A stretch of DNA of 12,192 bases from assembly GCA_964586355.1 (NCBI GenBank), contig CAZPGO010000024.1:1-12192 (forward strand), written 5' to 3'. The stretch is from an uncultured archaeon (GTDB lineage Archaea > Iainarchaeota > Iainarchaeia > Iainarchaeales > CSSED10-239). Position numbers and translations under genes: made by a program. Positions 1 through 7,138 of this stretch are shown piece by piece (the stretch's first letter is position 1; each line of letters begins with the position of its first letter). The notes beneath the pieces are model-generated. The model was not told where the DNA came from and ran no database searches. It saw only the letters and a program-made list of their open reading frames with translations.

Positions 1-75
1 ATTAAAGGAGAGACATATTTATATTTTTTAAACAAAAATTTTTTTCTTAATTTAGATCTGTTTTTTTTGGATAAC

Positions 76-109
<34 letters not shown>

Positions 110-162
110 TATAAAAGTATTTAATTTTAATTTAATTTGAAAAAGCACAAATAACATAATAA

Positions 163-170
163 TATATAAA
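163..170 (+). promoter_or_regulatory. TATA-box-like element for the Lys-rich gene, suggesting a leaderless or near-leaderless transcript
   Basis: TATATAAA starts 25 nt upstream of the first ATG (188), which matches archaeal TATA-to-start spacing. No Shine-Dalgarno motif lies between them. Confidence 0.3.
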
Positions 171-187
171 TCTTATTATTGTCTATT

Positions 188-532
188 ATGAATATGAAAA
201 CTAAAAAAATACAAACAAAAGAAGAAAAAAAGTTAGAAGAGATATTAAAGGATTTAGAACAAGAACTTGAAAAGCTAGAAAAAAATACAACAAAGAAAAA
301 AGCTGTTGCAAAAAAGCCTTCTAAAAAAAAAGTAACAACTAAAAAGAAAACAATAACAAAAAAACCAGCTACTAAAAAAAAGACAGTAACAAAACAAGTA
401 GCAAAGAAAAAAGCAACTACAAAAAAACCAGTTACTAAAAAAAAAACAGTAACAAAAAAACCAACAAAAAAAAAAGTTGTTGCTAAAAAAACTTCAGTTA
501 AAAAAAAAGTGTCTAAAACAAAAAAGAAGTAA
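188..532 (+). CDS. Lysine-rich, histone-H1-like low-complexity basic protein; possible nucleic-acid-binding or nucleoid protein
   Basis: The ORF track starts at TTG 179; in-frame ATGs lie at 188 and 194. The N-terminus is a charged heptad-like segment (KEEKKLEEILKDLEQELEKLEK). It is followed by repeats of the TKKP(A/V)TKKKTVTK type, including two 39-nt near-identical repeats at 356-394 and 419-457 with a 63-nt period. The stop is TAA at 530-532. Confidence 0.6.
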   Translation: MNMKTKKIQTKEEKKLEEILKDLEQELEKLEKNTTKKKAVAKKPSKKKVTTKKKTITKKPATKKKTVTKQVAKKKATTKKPVTKKKTVTKKPTKKKVVAKKTSVKKKVSKTKKK

Positions 533-2881
533 AAATAAAATAAATATAATCACACCATATGTTATTTTATAGTTCTTAACTTCTTTTATCTCTTCTTCTA
601 AAAATGCTTCAGTAGAAATTATTTCTTTTTCTTTAGATTTTTTAACAATTTCTATTAGATCAAAATAATTATTTTGTGCAGAATCTAAAAGTAGATAATT
701 TAGATCTTTATTTATAATTACAAAATTAGAATCAAATTTGTTTAGATCTTCTGTAGTTTCTATAACTTTTGAATAATCTAGATTATCTAAAATAATATTT
801 TCATTAAAATTAAGATCAATCTCTACAAAAATATATTTCTTATTATTAGAAGTAAGAAAAGTTATTTTTTTAGAATAATTGTTAATTACATCATACTCTT
901 TATTATCAAAAAAAGGAAGCTTATTAGAAATTGTTGTTTTTTTTAGATCTATATTTGGTAGATTATTATATGCCTCTAGTAAAGAATTATAATCAGAAGA
1001 AAAAGTGTTACAATCTACATTTAGGTCAAAATTAAGGATTGGAAAATCCAAAAGATAACTATCAAACAGATCTTTTTTAGTAATATAATTTTGTTCTAAT
1101 AGATCTAAAACCTCTTTATAATTTACACTTTGAGGTGGTTTCGGTGTTGGTAGAGAGCATGAAGAGGAAGAACTAGATGTATGTGATCCTCCCGACCCTC
1201 CACTTGGTCTAGAGAGATTAAAAATAAAAGGAATTTTTTTTAGTTGATTAGTAAGCAACACGAATTCATAATTACCATTTGTTAAACTATAGGAATTATT
1301 TATGTTTTTTATATTTATTAAAAAAGAGCAATATTTTGAAGTAAGATCTAGGTTTTCACAAATATTATTATCTATGTTTTGATCTTTTAAAATTGAAAGA
1401 GATCTATTTTCATTTGTTAGATTAATATCAAAAGTTAATGGAGAAAAATCAGAATCATTCTTTAGAATATTATAGTCTTCTATAACAAAAGAAAAGTTCA
1501 GATCCCCTAAAAAAGAATTGTAAAGAGAATAATTTATATTATTTGGATTAAGAGAAAAAGATGTTATTTTTGGAAAAGGAACAAAAAAGGTAAGAGAATA
1601 ATTTTGATCTAAATTTATCTTAGTTAAATCACCTTTTTGTGAAATAAACATAGCATCATTATCAAAAATTATTTTATTTAGATCAGAGTCAAGGCCTGAA
1701 ATAGTTCTTATAACAGAAAAATCATTATCAAGTATATTATAATCAACTATTTTTATATTATTATCAAAAAGCAAATAAAAGAGATTAGAATCTCTATTAA
1801 TAACAAAAGATTTAATAGGCTTATTAACATCTAGTGTTTTTATTGGAGATATTGGTCCTCCTATTTGATTTTTATTAAAAGACTTAAAATTATTTTGATC
1901 TATTACAAAAGCAATATTATCAAGAGAATCAAGATCAGTATAATTTCCAGCAAATTGTCCACTTGAAAAAACACTTAGTCCTAGCGGGTCATCTACATAG
2001 TTTAGATAACCAGTTGTATCTGAATTTTTTAGAGGTATTATTAATTTATTTAGATCTTTATTATGCCAGATAGATTGAGGGGTATAATTTCCTCCAATAA
2101 TAAAACCATTTTGACAATCCACACCTAAATTTATTAATTCACTCAAATCATACAAAACAAATCTTAATTGAGTAAAATGATTAACAAAAACAAACAAATA
2201 ATCTCCAGAGTAAATACTTTCAAAATAATAAACAAAACTAGTATTATAATCAAAACCAGAATAAGAAAAAGGAACCTGTCCAATATTTAGTGCAAAAATA
2301 TCTGAATTTAAATCAACCTCATAAATTCCAACACCATTAGATCCATTGGCTAAAAATAAATAATTGTGATCTAAATAGGATAAATATTCTAAATTGTATA
2401 TAGGTTGATTAGTATCAATCCTAAAAAGATAATTAAAGGAACTATCTGCAAAACTATAAACAAAAAGATTGGTGTCTGATATAAGAAAAAAAAGATCGCC
2501 TTTTTTAGAAAAATTAGTAATAACTAAATTTAAATCAAAAATATTTCCTAGAGATCCACTTATAACTAAATTATTAAGATCAAAGTACAAATCTTTTTCT
2601 TTTAAATCAATATTTTCATCAATTACTAAATTATAATTTCTTTCTCTATAATCTAAAGAATCTATCTTAAACTTAAATTGATTAAGATCCAAATTATAAA
2701 AAAAATTGGATGTGTTAATTAAACTATTGTTAGAATCTGAAATTTTATAATAACCAAGATCTATAAAAATATTAAAATCTAAAAAATCATTATTAATAGT
2801 GATTTCTTTAACTTCATTATATTCAAAAGAACAAACACTATTACTAAAAAATATAAAAAAAGAAAGCCAAAACCCTTTCAT
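494..2881 (-). CDS. Large exported surface protein with N-terminal signal peptide, repeat (beta-propeller-like) region, Ser/Gly/Pro linker, C-terminal domain and C-terminal TM anchor
   Basis: The 795-aa ORF is intact. The N-terminus MKGFWLSFFIFFSNSVCS is signal-like. About seven segments recur in a hydrophobic strand-turn-strand pattern, for example NYLFLANGSNGVGIYEVDL, which resembles LVIVD-type repeats. The linker is SRPSGGSGGSHTSSSSSSCSLPTPKPPQ, and the C-terminal hydrophobic stretch is YGVIIFILFLLLFCF. No enzymatic motif was recognised. Confidence 0.7.
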   Translation of the reverse strand: MKGFWLSFFIFFSNSVCSFEYNEVKEITINNDFLDFNIFIDLGYYKISDSNNSLINTSNFFYNLDLNQFKFKIDSLDYRERNYNLVIDENIDLKEKDLYFDLNNLVISGSLGNIFDLNLVITNFSKKGDLFFLISDTNLFVYSFADSSFNYLFRIDTNQPIYNLEYLSYLDHNYLFLANGSNGVGIYEVDLNSDIFALNIGQVPFSYSGFDYNTSFVYYFESIYSGDYLFVFVNHFTQLRFVLYDLSELINLGVDCQNGFIIGGNYTPQSIWHNKDLNKLIIPLKNSDTTGYLNYVDDPLGLSVFSSGQFAGNYTDLDSLDNIAFVIDQNNFKSFNKNQIGGPISPIKTLDVNKPIKSFVINRDSNLFYLLFDNNIKIVDYNILDNDFSVIRTISGLDSDLNKIIFDNDAMFISQKGDLTKINLDQNYSLTFFVPFPKITSFSLNPNNINYSLYNSFLGDLNFSFVIEDYNILKNDSDFSPLTFDINLTNENRSLSILKDQNIDNNICENLDLTSKYCSFLINIKNINNSYSLTNGNYEFVLLTNQLKKIPFIFNLSRPSGGSGGSHTSSSSSSCSLPTPKPPQSVNYKEVLDLLEQNYITKKDLFDSYLLDFPILNFDLNVDCNTFSSDYNSLLEAYNNLPNIDLKKTTISNKLPFFDNKEYDVINNYSKKITFLTSNNKKYIFVEIDLNFNENIILDNLDYSKVIETTEDLNKFDSNFVIINKDLNYLLLDSAQNNYFDLIEIVKKSKEKEIISTEAFLEEEIKEVKNYKITYGVIIFILFLLLFCFRHFFFN

Positions 2882-2995
2882 AAATAAATTTTAGTTTGTT
2901 TTATATTTATAAAAGCAATTAGATCTAATTTTTGTATTTTTTAATTATTTAAAAGATAAGTAATATTTAAAAATATTATTATATCTAAATAAAAT

Positions 2996-3469
2996 ATGAA
3001 CTATAGAATAGGAGTGTCCGCTTTTATTATAAATGAAAATAAAGAATTCTTATTAGTTCTTGCAACAAAAGAAGATCCATTAGAACCAGATTTATGGAAA
3101 ATTCCTGCTGGTGGTGTAGAAGAGAATGAAGATTCAATAACTGCCCTTAAAAGAGAGTTAAATGAAGAGCTTGGCATAGATCCTAATTCTTTAGAAATTG
3201 TTGGAAAAAGTAAATATATAGATAAATATAATTGGCCAAAAGAAACAAGTGAAAAAAAATATAAAAAAACAAACATTTGGTATGATGGTCAAGAAAAAGA
3301 GATCTTTTTAACAAAAATAATTACAAAAAATTATAATTTCAAACTACAATTAGAAGAAATTTGTGATGTTAGGTGGGTAAATAAAGAAGATTTCAAATAT
3401 CTATTATTATTTAAAGACCAAGAAGAAATCATGCAAAAAATCATTGAAGAATTTAAAGATTTTTTTTGA
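2996..3469 (+). CDS. Nudix (MutT-family) hydrolase
   Basis: The sequence GGVEENEDSITALKRELNEELGI is a perfect match to the Nudix box GX5EX7REUXEEXGU. The 157-aa size is typical of a single-domain Nudix protein. Confidence 0.9.
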   Translation: MNYRIGVSAFIINENKEFLLVLATKEDPLEPDLWKIPAGGVEENEDSITALKRELNEELGIDPNSLEIVGKSKYIDKYNWPKETSEKKYKKTNIWYDGQEKEIFLTKIITKNYNFKLQLEEICDVRWVNKEDFKYLLLFKDQEEIMQKIIEEFKDFF

Positions 3470-3489
3470 AAAAAAAAGAAAAAGAAAAA

Positions 3490-4440
3490 TTATTTCTTTT
3501 TATAATTAGATAAGTCATCAAATAATTTTTCAGAATCTAAATAATTCTTTTTATCTATTTTTTCAATTTCATAATCTGTTAAATATCTTGTTTTTTTAGT
3601 AGAAGAATCTAACACAAAAAATTTAGTAGATATGGTTGCATTACCAGTCCCTGTAATAATAAAAGAAGTAACAACGAAATCTAAAGAGCCGGAGGCATTA
3701 TTTAAAATATCCACTAATTCATTAGGAACAACACCAGCATAACTATTATTGCCTATTGAAACAGCATCCCAAGAAAAACTTTGAAAATTGTCCTCTGGAT
3801 TAAATATTTGAAGATTAAAACTAACTATATTTATTTCACCAACATTAGTATGAGATAAATAATAGCGACCATTTTCTGTAATTTCTAAAGCAGTAACTTT
3901 TGCAAAAGGATCTTGATTTGAATTAAATTGAATGGATTTGCTTATTGTTTTCTTTTGACCAGAACTAAATTTTAAATCACCTGTAACAAAAGCATCAGCA
4001 AATGGGTTATAATCATCTATTTTAAAAGAACCTGTTGTCGTACCATTTTGATAATAACCACCTATATTTGGATTAAAATGTGCTCTTAATGTTGCTCCAC
4101 TATTAGTGCAAACATCATACAAATTATCATATGTTCCTCCAGATAAACAAATTGACAATCCAGAATCTGCAGGAATGTTTGATAATAAAGAATAATTTAT
4201 ATAATAATTTAAAAATTCTTTAAAACCATTTTCTTCATTAGAATAAATTTGATTTAAAGCCATATCTCCATATAAAGCAAGACTAATTTGTGGTGCAGGA
4301 ACAACTGCTGATTTTGCTTGTCCTGTTGTTGCTATTGTATTACTAAATAAAACACCTATTACTAAACCAAGTATTAAAAAACCAATAAAAAACAATACTA
4401 TATTTTTTTGATTATTTGTTATTTTCTTATTTTTTTTCAT
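3490..4440 (-). CDS. Membrane-anchored or secreted protein of unknown function
   Basis: The 316-aa ORF has a basic N-terminus followed by one hydrophobic helix (IVLFFIGFLILGLVIGVLF), then a Ser/Thr/Asn/Gly-rich, probably beta-rich, extracellular region. A GGAGG RBS sits at 4450-4454, 9 nt upstream of the ATG. Confidence 0.7.
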   Translation of the reverse strand: MKKNKKITNNQKNIVLFFIGFLILGLVIGVLFSNTIATTGQAKSAVVPAPQISLALYGDMALNQIYSNEENGFKEFLNYYINYSLLSNIPADSGLSICLSGGTYDNLYDVCTNSGATLRAHFNPNIGGYYQNGTTTGSFKIDDYNPFADAFVTGDLKFSSGQKKTISKSIQFNSNQDPFAKVTALEITENGRYYLSHTNVGEINIVSFNLQIFNPEDNFQSFSWDAVSIGNNSYAGVVPNELVDILNNASGSLDFVVTSFIITGTGNATISTKFFVLDSSTKKTRYLTDYEIEKIDKKNYLDSEKLFDDLSNYKKK

Positions 4441-4498
4441 TTTTATAGACCTCCAAATTTAAATAACTAATTATTTTTAATAATAAATATATACACAT

Positions 4499-5293
4499 CT
4501 ATTTTATAAAACATCTTTTTTGTCTAAGTTTTTGTTTTTTTTCTCTTTCTCTTTGTTCTCTTCTTTTATGCCCAAACAAAAAACGTTTATTAAACTCTTT
4601 AGTAACCAATTCTTTTTCTGCAGATATAGATGATTCTAACAATTCAGTATATTTAACAGATCGCCCTCTTTTTACTTGATTATAAATAGATCTACCCCAT
4701 TGAGAAACACACCTGTGAGCATATTCTCCAAAAACAGTAATAGATAAATTTTTATTTAATCTTTTTAGTATAGATCTTGGCAAAACTCTTTTTGTTTCAA
4801 AAAAAAAGTCACTTATAAATAATCTATTTTTAGGTATTTCTCTTTCTAAAAAAACCACATAATTTAAAAGTAATCTATTATAAACACTTTCAAAAAGCAT
4901 CTCTGCTTTTTCATATTTTTTCTTTAATATTAAAATTTCATCTTTGGATAACTTATAATTAGAATTAAGTTGCAATATTTTATTTACATTTATTGGATTA
5001 TATGACTTAAACAAAACAACTAAAGTATTTGGATTTTTTTTACACTCAATTATTTTTTTACCATATTCTGCTAAACATTTTTTGTATTTTACTTGCATAT
5101 ATTTATTTGTTTTTACAAAATTAAGTATTTGCTTTTCTAGTCTTAATAAATCTTCTGTGTTTTTTAAATTATACAAAATATTATTTAGCCTTTCTAAATC
5201 AGAACCAATATTTTTTTCTATTGCTTCATTTACTAAATCAAAAAGAGGATGAACTAATATAACTATATTGCTTAGCTTATTATCTTGTTGCAT
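4499..5293 (-). CDS. Hypothetical cytoplasmic protein with an Arg/Lys-rich C-terminal tail
   Basis: The 264-aa ORF is intact with no TM segment. The C-terminal tail is GHKRREQREREKKQKLRQKR. A TATA-like TTTAAATA lies about 25-30 nt upstream of the ATG, so the transcript looks leaderless. No family was recognised with confidence. Confidence 0.6.
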   Translation of the reverse strand: MQQDNKLSNIVILVHPLFDLVNEAIEKNIGSDLERLNNILYNLKNTEDLLRLEKQILNFVKTNKYMQVKYKKCLAEYGKKIIECKKNPNTLVVLFKSYNPINVNKILQLNSNYKLSKDEILILKKKYEKAEMLFESVYNRLLLNYVVFLEREIPKNRLFISDFFFETKRVLPRSILKRLNKNLSITVFGEYAHRCVSQWGRSIYNQVKRGRSVKYTELLESSISAEKELVTKEFNKRFLFGHKRREQREREKKQKLRQKRCFIK

Positions 5294-5355
5294 AAAAAAA
5301 TTAGTTAGAAAAAATATTTAAATTTATTTAAAATTTAAAAAAAAGAGAAAAAGAA

Positions 5356-5502
5356 TTAATATCTTGTCTTAAATCTATAATCTTTTACTTTTATTGGTTC
5401 ATTATTACATTTTAGACAAACACTATCTCCAGTTTCATCATCAACTCTATGTAATGTGTTAAGCTTACAATTATCACACATTTTTCGTTCATATTTCATC
5501 AT
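5356..5502 (-). CDS. Small zinc-ribbon protein (CxxC-x16-CxxC), absent from the ORF track
   Basis: My minus-strand translation is (MVKKA)MMKYERKMCDNCKLNTLHRVDDETGDSVCLKCNNEPIKVKDYRFKTRY*. The longest form starts at ATG 5517. However, GGTGA at 5511-5515 lies 8 nt upstream of ATG 5502, the same spacing as at uL16 and the pilin gene, so 5502 is the preferred start (48 aa). The stop is TAA at 5356-5358. Confidence 0.55.
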   Translation of the reverse strand: MMKYERKMCDNCKLNTLHRVDDETGDSVCLKCNNEPIKVKDYRFKTRY

Positions 5503-5675
5503 AGCCTTTTTCACCATCTTTTTTATAAAAAACATAAAAAATTATTAAACTATTAATAAATATATTATGTTAGCAAACATTTAAAATCAGAATTTAATTT
5601 AAAAAAATCATAAAAATTAAAGGAAAAAAAGAAAAATAAAAAATAATTAAAATTAAAAAAATAATTTACAAAAAC

Positions 5676-5732
5676 TTATTTCTTTTTTGCTGGTGCTGCT
5701 TTTGCTGCTTTTTTCTTTTTTGCTGCTGCCAT
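5676..5732 (-). CDS. 18-aa Lys/Ala-rich polycationic micro-ORF (MAAAKKKKAAKAAPAKKK)
   Basis: ATG at 5730-5732 is preceded by GGGGTGA (5739-5745) with a 6-nt spacer, the same geometry as ndk. A TATA-like TTATATAA lies about 45 nt upstream. The stop is TAA at 5676-5678. The stretch is locally GC-richer than the surrounding spacer. It is very short, so coding status is unproven. Confidence 0.35.
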   Translation of the reverse strand: MAAAKKKKAAKAAPAKKK

Positions 5733-5746
5733 GGTATTTCACCCCT

Positions 5747-5786
5747 TTTGTCAATGACAAATATTTTCCTTAATTATATAAGGAAA
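5747..5786 (-). promoter_or_regulatory. Promoter/operator-like region containing two perfect palindromes and a TATA-like core
   Basis: TTTGTCA-A-TGACAAA (5747-5761) has 7-nt perfect arms. TTTCCTTA-ATTATA-TAAGGAAA (5765-5786) has 8-nt perfect arms whose centre reads TTATATAA on the minus strand. Both lie directly upstream of the RBS of the micro-ORF. Confidence 0.4.
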
Positions 5787-5858
5787 TAACATAATGATAT
5801 TGTTAATACATAGAGTATTTAAATCTATTTTTCGTTGATTATAATTACAATTACAGCC

Positions 5859-5895
5859 AAAAAAACCTTAAAAAAGACACTTTTTAAAAGGTGTT
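5859..5895 (-). terminator. Possible terminator of the pilin-LamG gene: a hairpin followed by oligo-T runs
   Basis: On the minus strand, about 43 nt past the TGA stop (5938-5940), the near-palindrome ACACCTTTTAAAAAGTGT (5877-5894) is followed by T6 and T7 runs (plus-strand A runs at 5870-5875 and 5859-5865). Oligo-T tracts are archaeal termination signals. Confidence 0.3.
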
Positions 5896-5937
5896 AATAT
5901 TTAACAGAAATTAACTTAAATAATTATTTAAAAAAGA

Positions 5938-7035
5938 TCATCTCAGGTTATAAATAATTTTTATTTCTTCTAAACTTAATGCACGATCATAAATCTGAAC
6001 ATCTCTAATAAATATATTTGCAGGATAGTTAAATGAAGAACCATACTTTCTTCTACCAATTACTAGATCTTGAGTACTAGTTGTTATTTTTTCGGTTTTT
6101 GCAACTGGATTTACTGCAAGAACACTATTTTTATATAATCTTAAATAATCTCCATCATAGGTGCCCAACATATGTATCCAAGTATCTAAGGGAAACATTG
6201 TATTTGATATTGCTAAAGAGCCCCCAATTGCAAATCTTCCTTTTTGAGAAGAGGTCATACTTAATCCATAATTTGATTGAGCACCACTAAGTCCATTATA
6301 ACTTTTCCAAAAAAAAGTATCATAATCTATATAATTATTCAATTTAACCCAAATAGATAATGTTATTTGATCAGTTATATTAAAAATAGAACTATTGCCT
6401 AAATTAACATAATTATCAACGCCATTAAAACTTAAAGATTTCCCGCTACCAAAAGGAACATCATCAACAAATACAGCGCCAAAATTAGCACCGTGATTAT
6501 TATTTCCTGAATAATCTAAAAAATCTCCATCAAACTTCCAATATCCAATTATATTTTTACCTAAACAATAATTATTAGAATTATATAAATTATATGTTAT
6601 TGGTAAATCAACAAAACTATTTTCATTAGTAATAAATTGAATCACAAAAGATCTAGAAGGAACACACACAATATTAATTGAAGAAATAGCTCCTTTGTTT
6701 AAAAATATCGATTCTTCAAAATAAAAACTTTTTTCTAGAAAAACATAATTTGAATCTGAACTTAATAGTCTATAACCAATAATATTTATATCTGAATTAT
6801 TGTTTATGTTTTTTATAATTAAAAGATTATTTTCTAAATTAGAATTAATTGAGTTTAATACTAAAGAACCCTTTAACTTAAAATCTTCTTCATAAGAATA
6901 CAAATCTATTTGATTTAAGTTATCTTTTGCAAAGCCTGACCCCCAAGATAAGACAACAGAGATCAATATAACAGAAACAACTATTAGTAAGATTGTGGCG
7001 ATCAATGGGGAGAGAGAGCTTTTTCTTTTATACAA
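5938..7035 (-). CDS. Archaeal type IV pilin-like (class III signal peptide) protein with a C-terminal LamG / concanavalin-A-like lectin domain
   Basis: The N-terminus (M)YKRKSS-LSPLIATILLIVVSVILISVVL matches the archaeal pilin N-terminal pattern (Pfam PF07790 type: short basic leader, SP[VL]IA, hydrophobic helix). The C-terminal ~200 aa carry the Laminin_G_3 (PF13385-type) pattern: GYWKFDGDFLDYSGNNNHG, ITLSIWVK, WIHMLGTYDGDYLRLYKN, LVIGRR and IRDVQIYDRALSLEEI. The track start, GTG 7047, lies inside AGGTGG (7044-7049). TTG 7035 sits 8 nt downstream and is the preferred start. Confidence 0.8.
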   Translation of the reverse strand: MYKRKSSLSPLIATILLIVVSVILISVVLSWGSGFAKDNLNQIDLYSYEEDFKLKGSLVLNSINSNLENNLLIIKNINNNSDINIIGYRLLSSDSNYVFLEKSFYFEESIFLNKGAISSINIVCVPSRSFVIQFITNENSFVDLPITYNLYNSNNYCLGKNIIGYWKFDGDFLDYSGNNNHGANFGAVFVDDVPFGSGKSLSFNGVDNYVNLGNSSIFNITDQITLSIWVKLNNYIDYDTFFWKSYNGLSGAQSNYGLSMTSSQKGRFAIGGSLAISNTMFPLDTWIHMLGTYDGDYLRLYKNSVLAVNPVAKTEKITTSTQDLVIGRRKYGSSFNYPANIFIRDVQIYDRALSLEEIKIIYNLR

Positions 7036-7138
7036 AATAGTTTCCACCTATATATTATAGTTATATAATAAAAAAATAGTTATAAATATATTCTTTTTAA
7101 AAAAAATATAAATATAATAAAAAAACAATATAAAAACA

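Noticed and set aside
3001-3276. 91-aa minus-strand ORF
   Set aside because: It lies entirely antisense to the Nudix gene, whose Nudix box is perfect. The translation is low-complexity (F/S/L-rich) and there is no RBS or TATA context, so it is a shadow ORF.
3470-3489. Small AGAAA-N5-TTTCT dyad between the convergent Nudix and 316-aa genes, considered as a bidirectional terminator
   Set aside because: It has only a 5-bp A/T-rich stem in a poly-A/T context, which cannot be distinguished from chance.
4499-5293. Possible isochorismatase/cysteine-hydrolase-like motif (ITVFGEYAHRCV, resembling G-x5-C-V) in the 264-aa protein
   Set aside because: This is a single short motif. The other catalytic elements (the conserved Asp and Lys context) could not be located by eye, so there is too little support to name a family.
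6081-6290. 69-aa plus-strand ORF
   Set aside because: It is antisense within the LamG domain coding region and has no recognisable motifs. It is a typical shadow ORF of an AT-rich gene.
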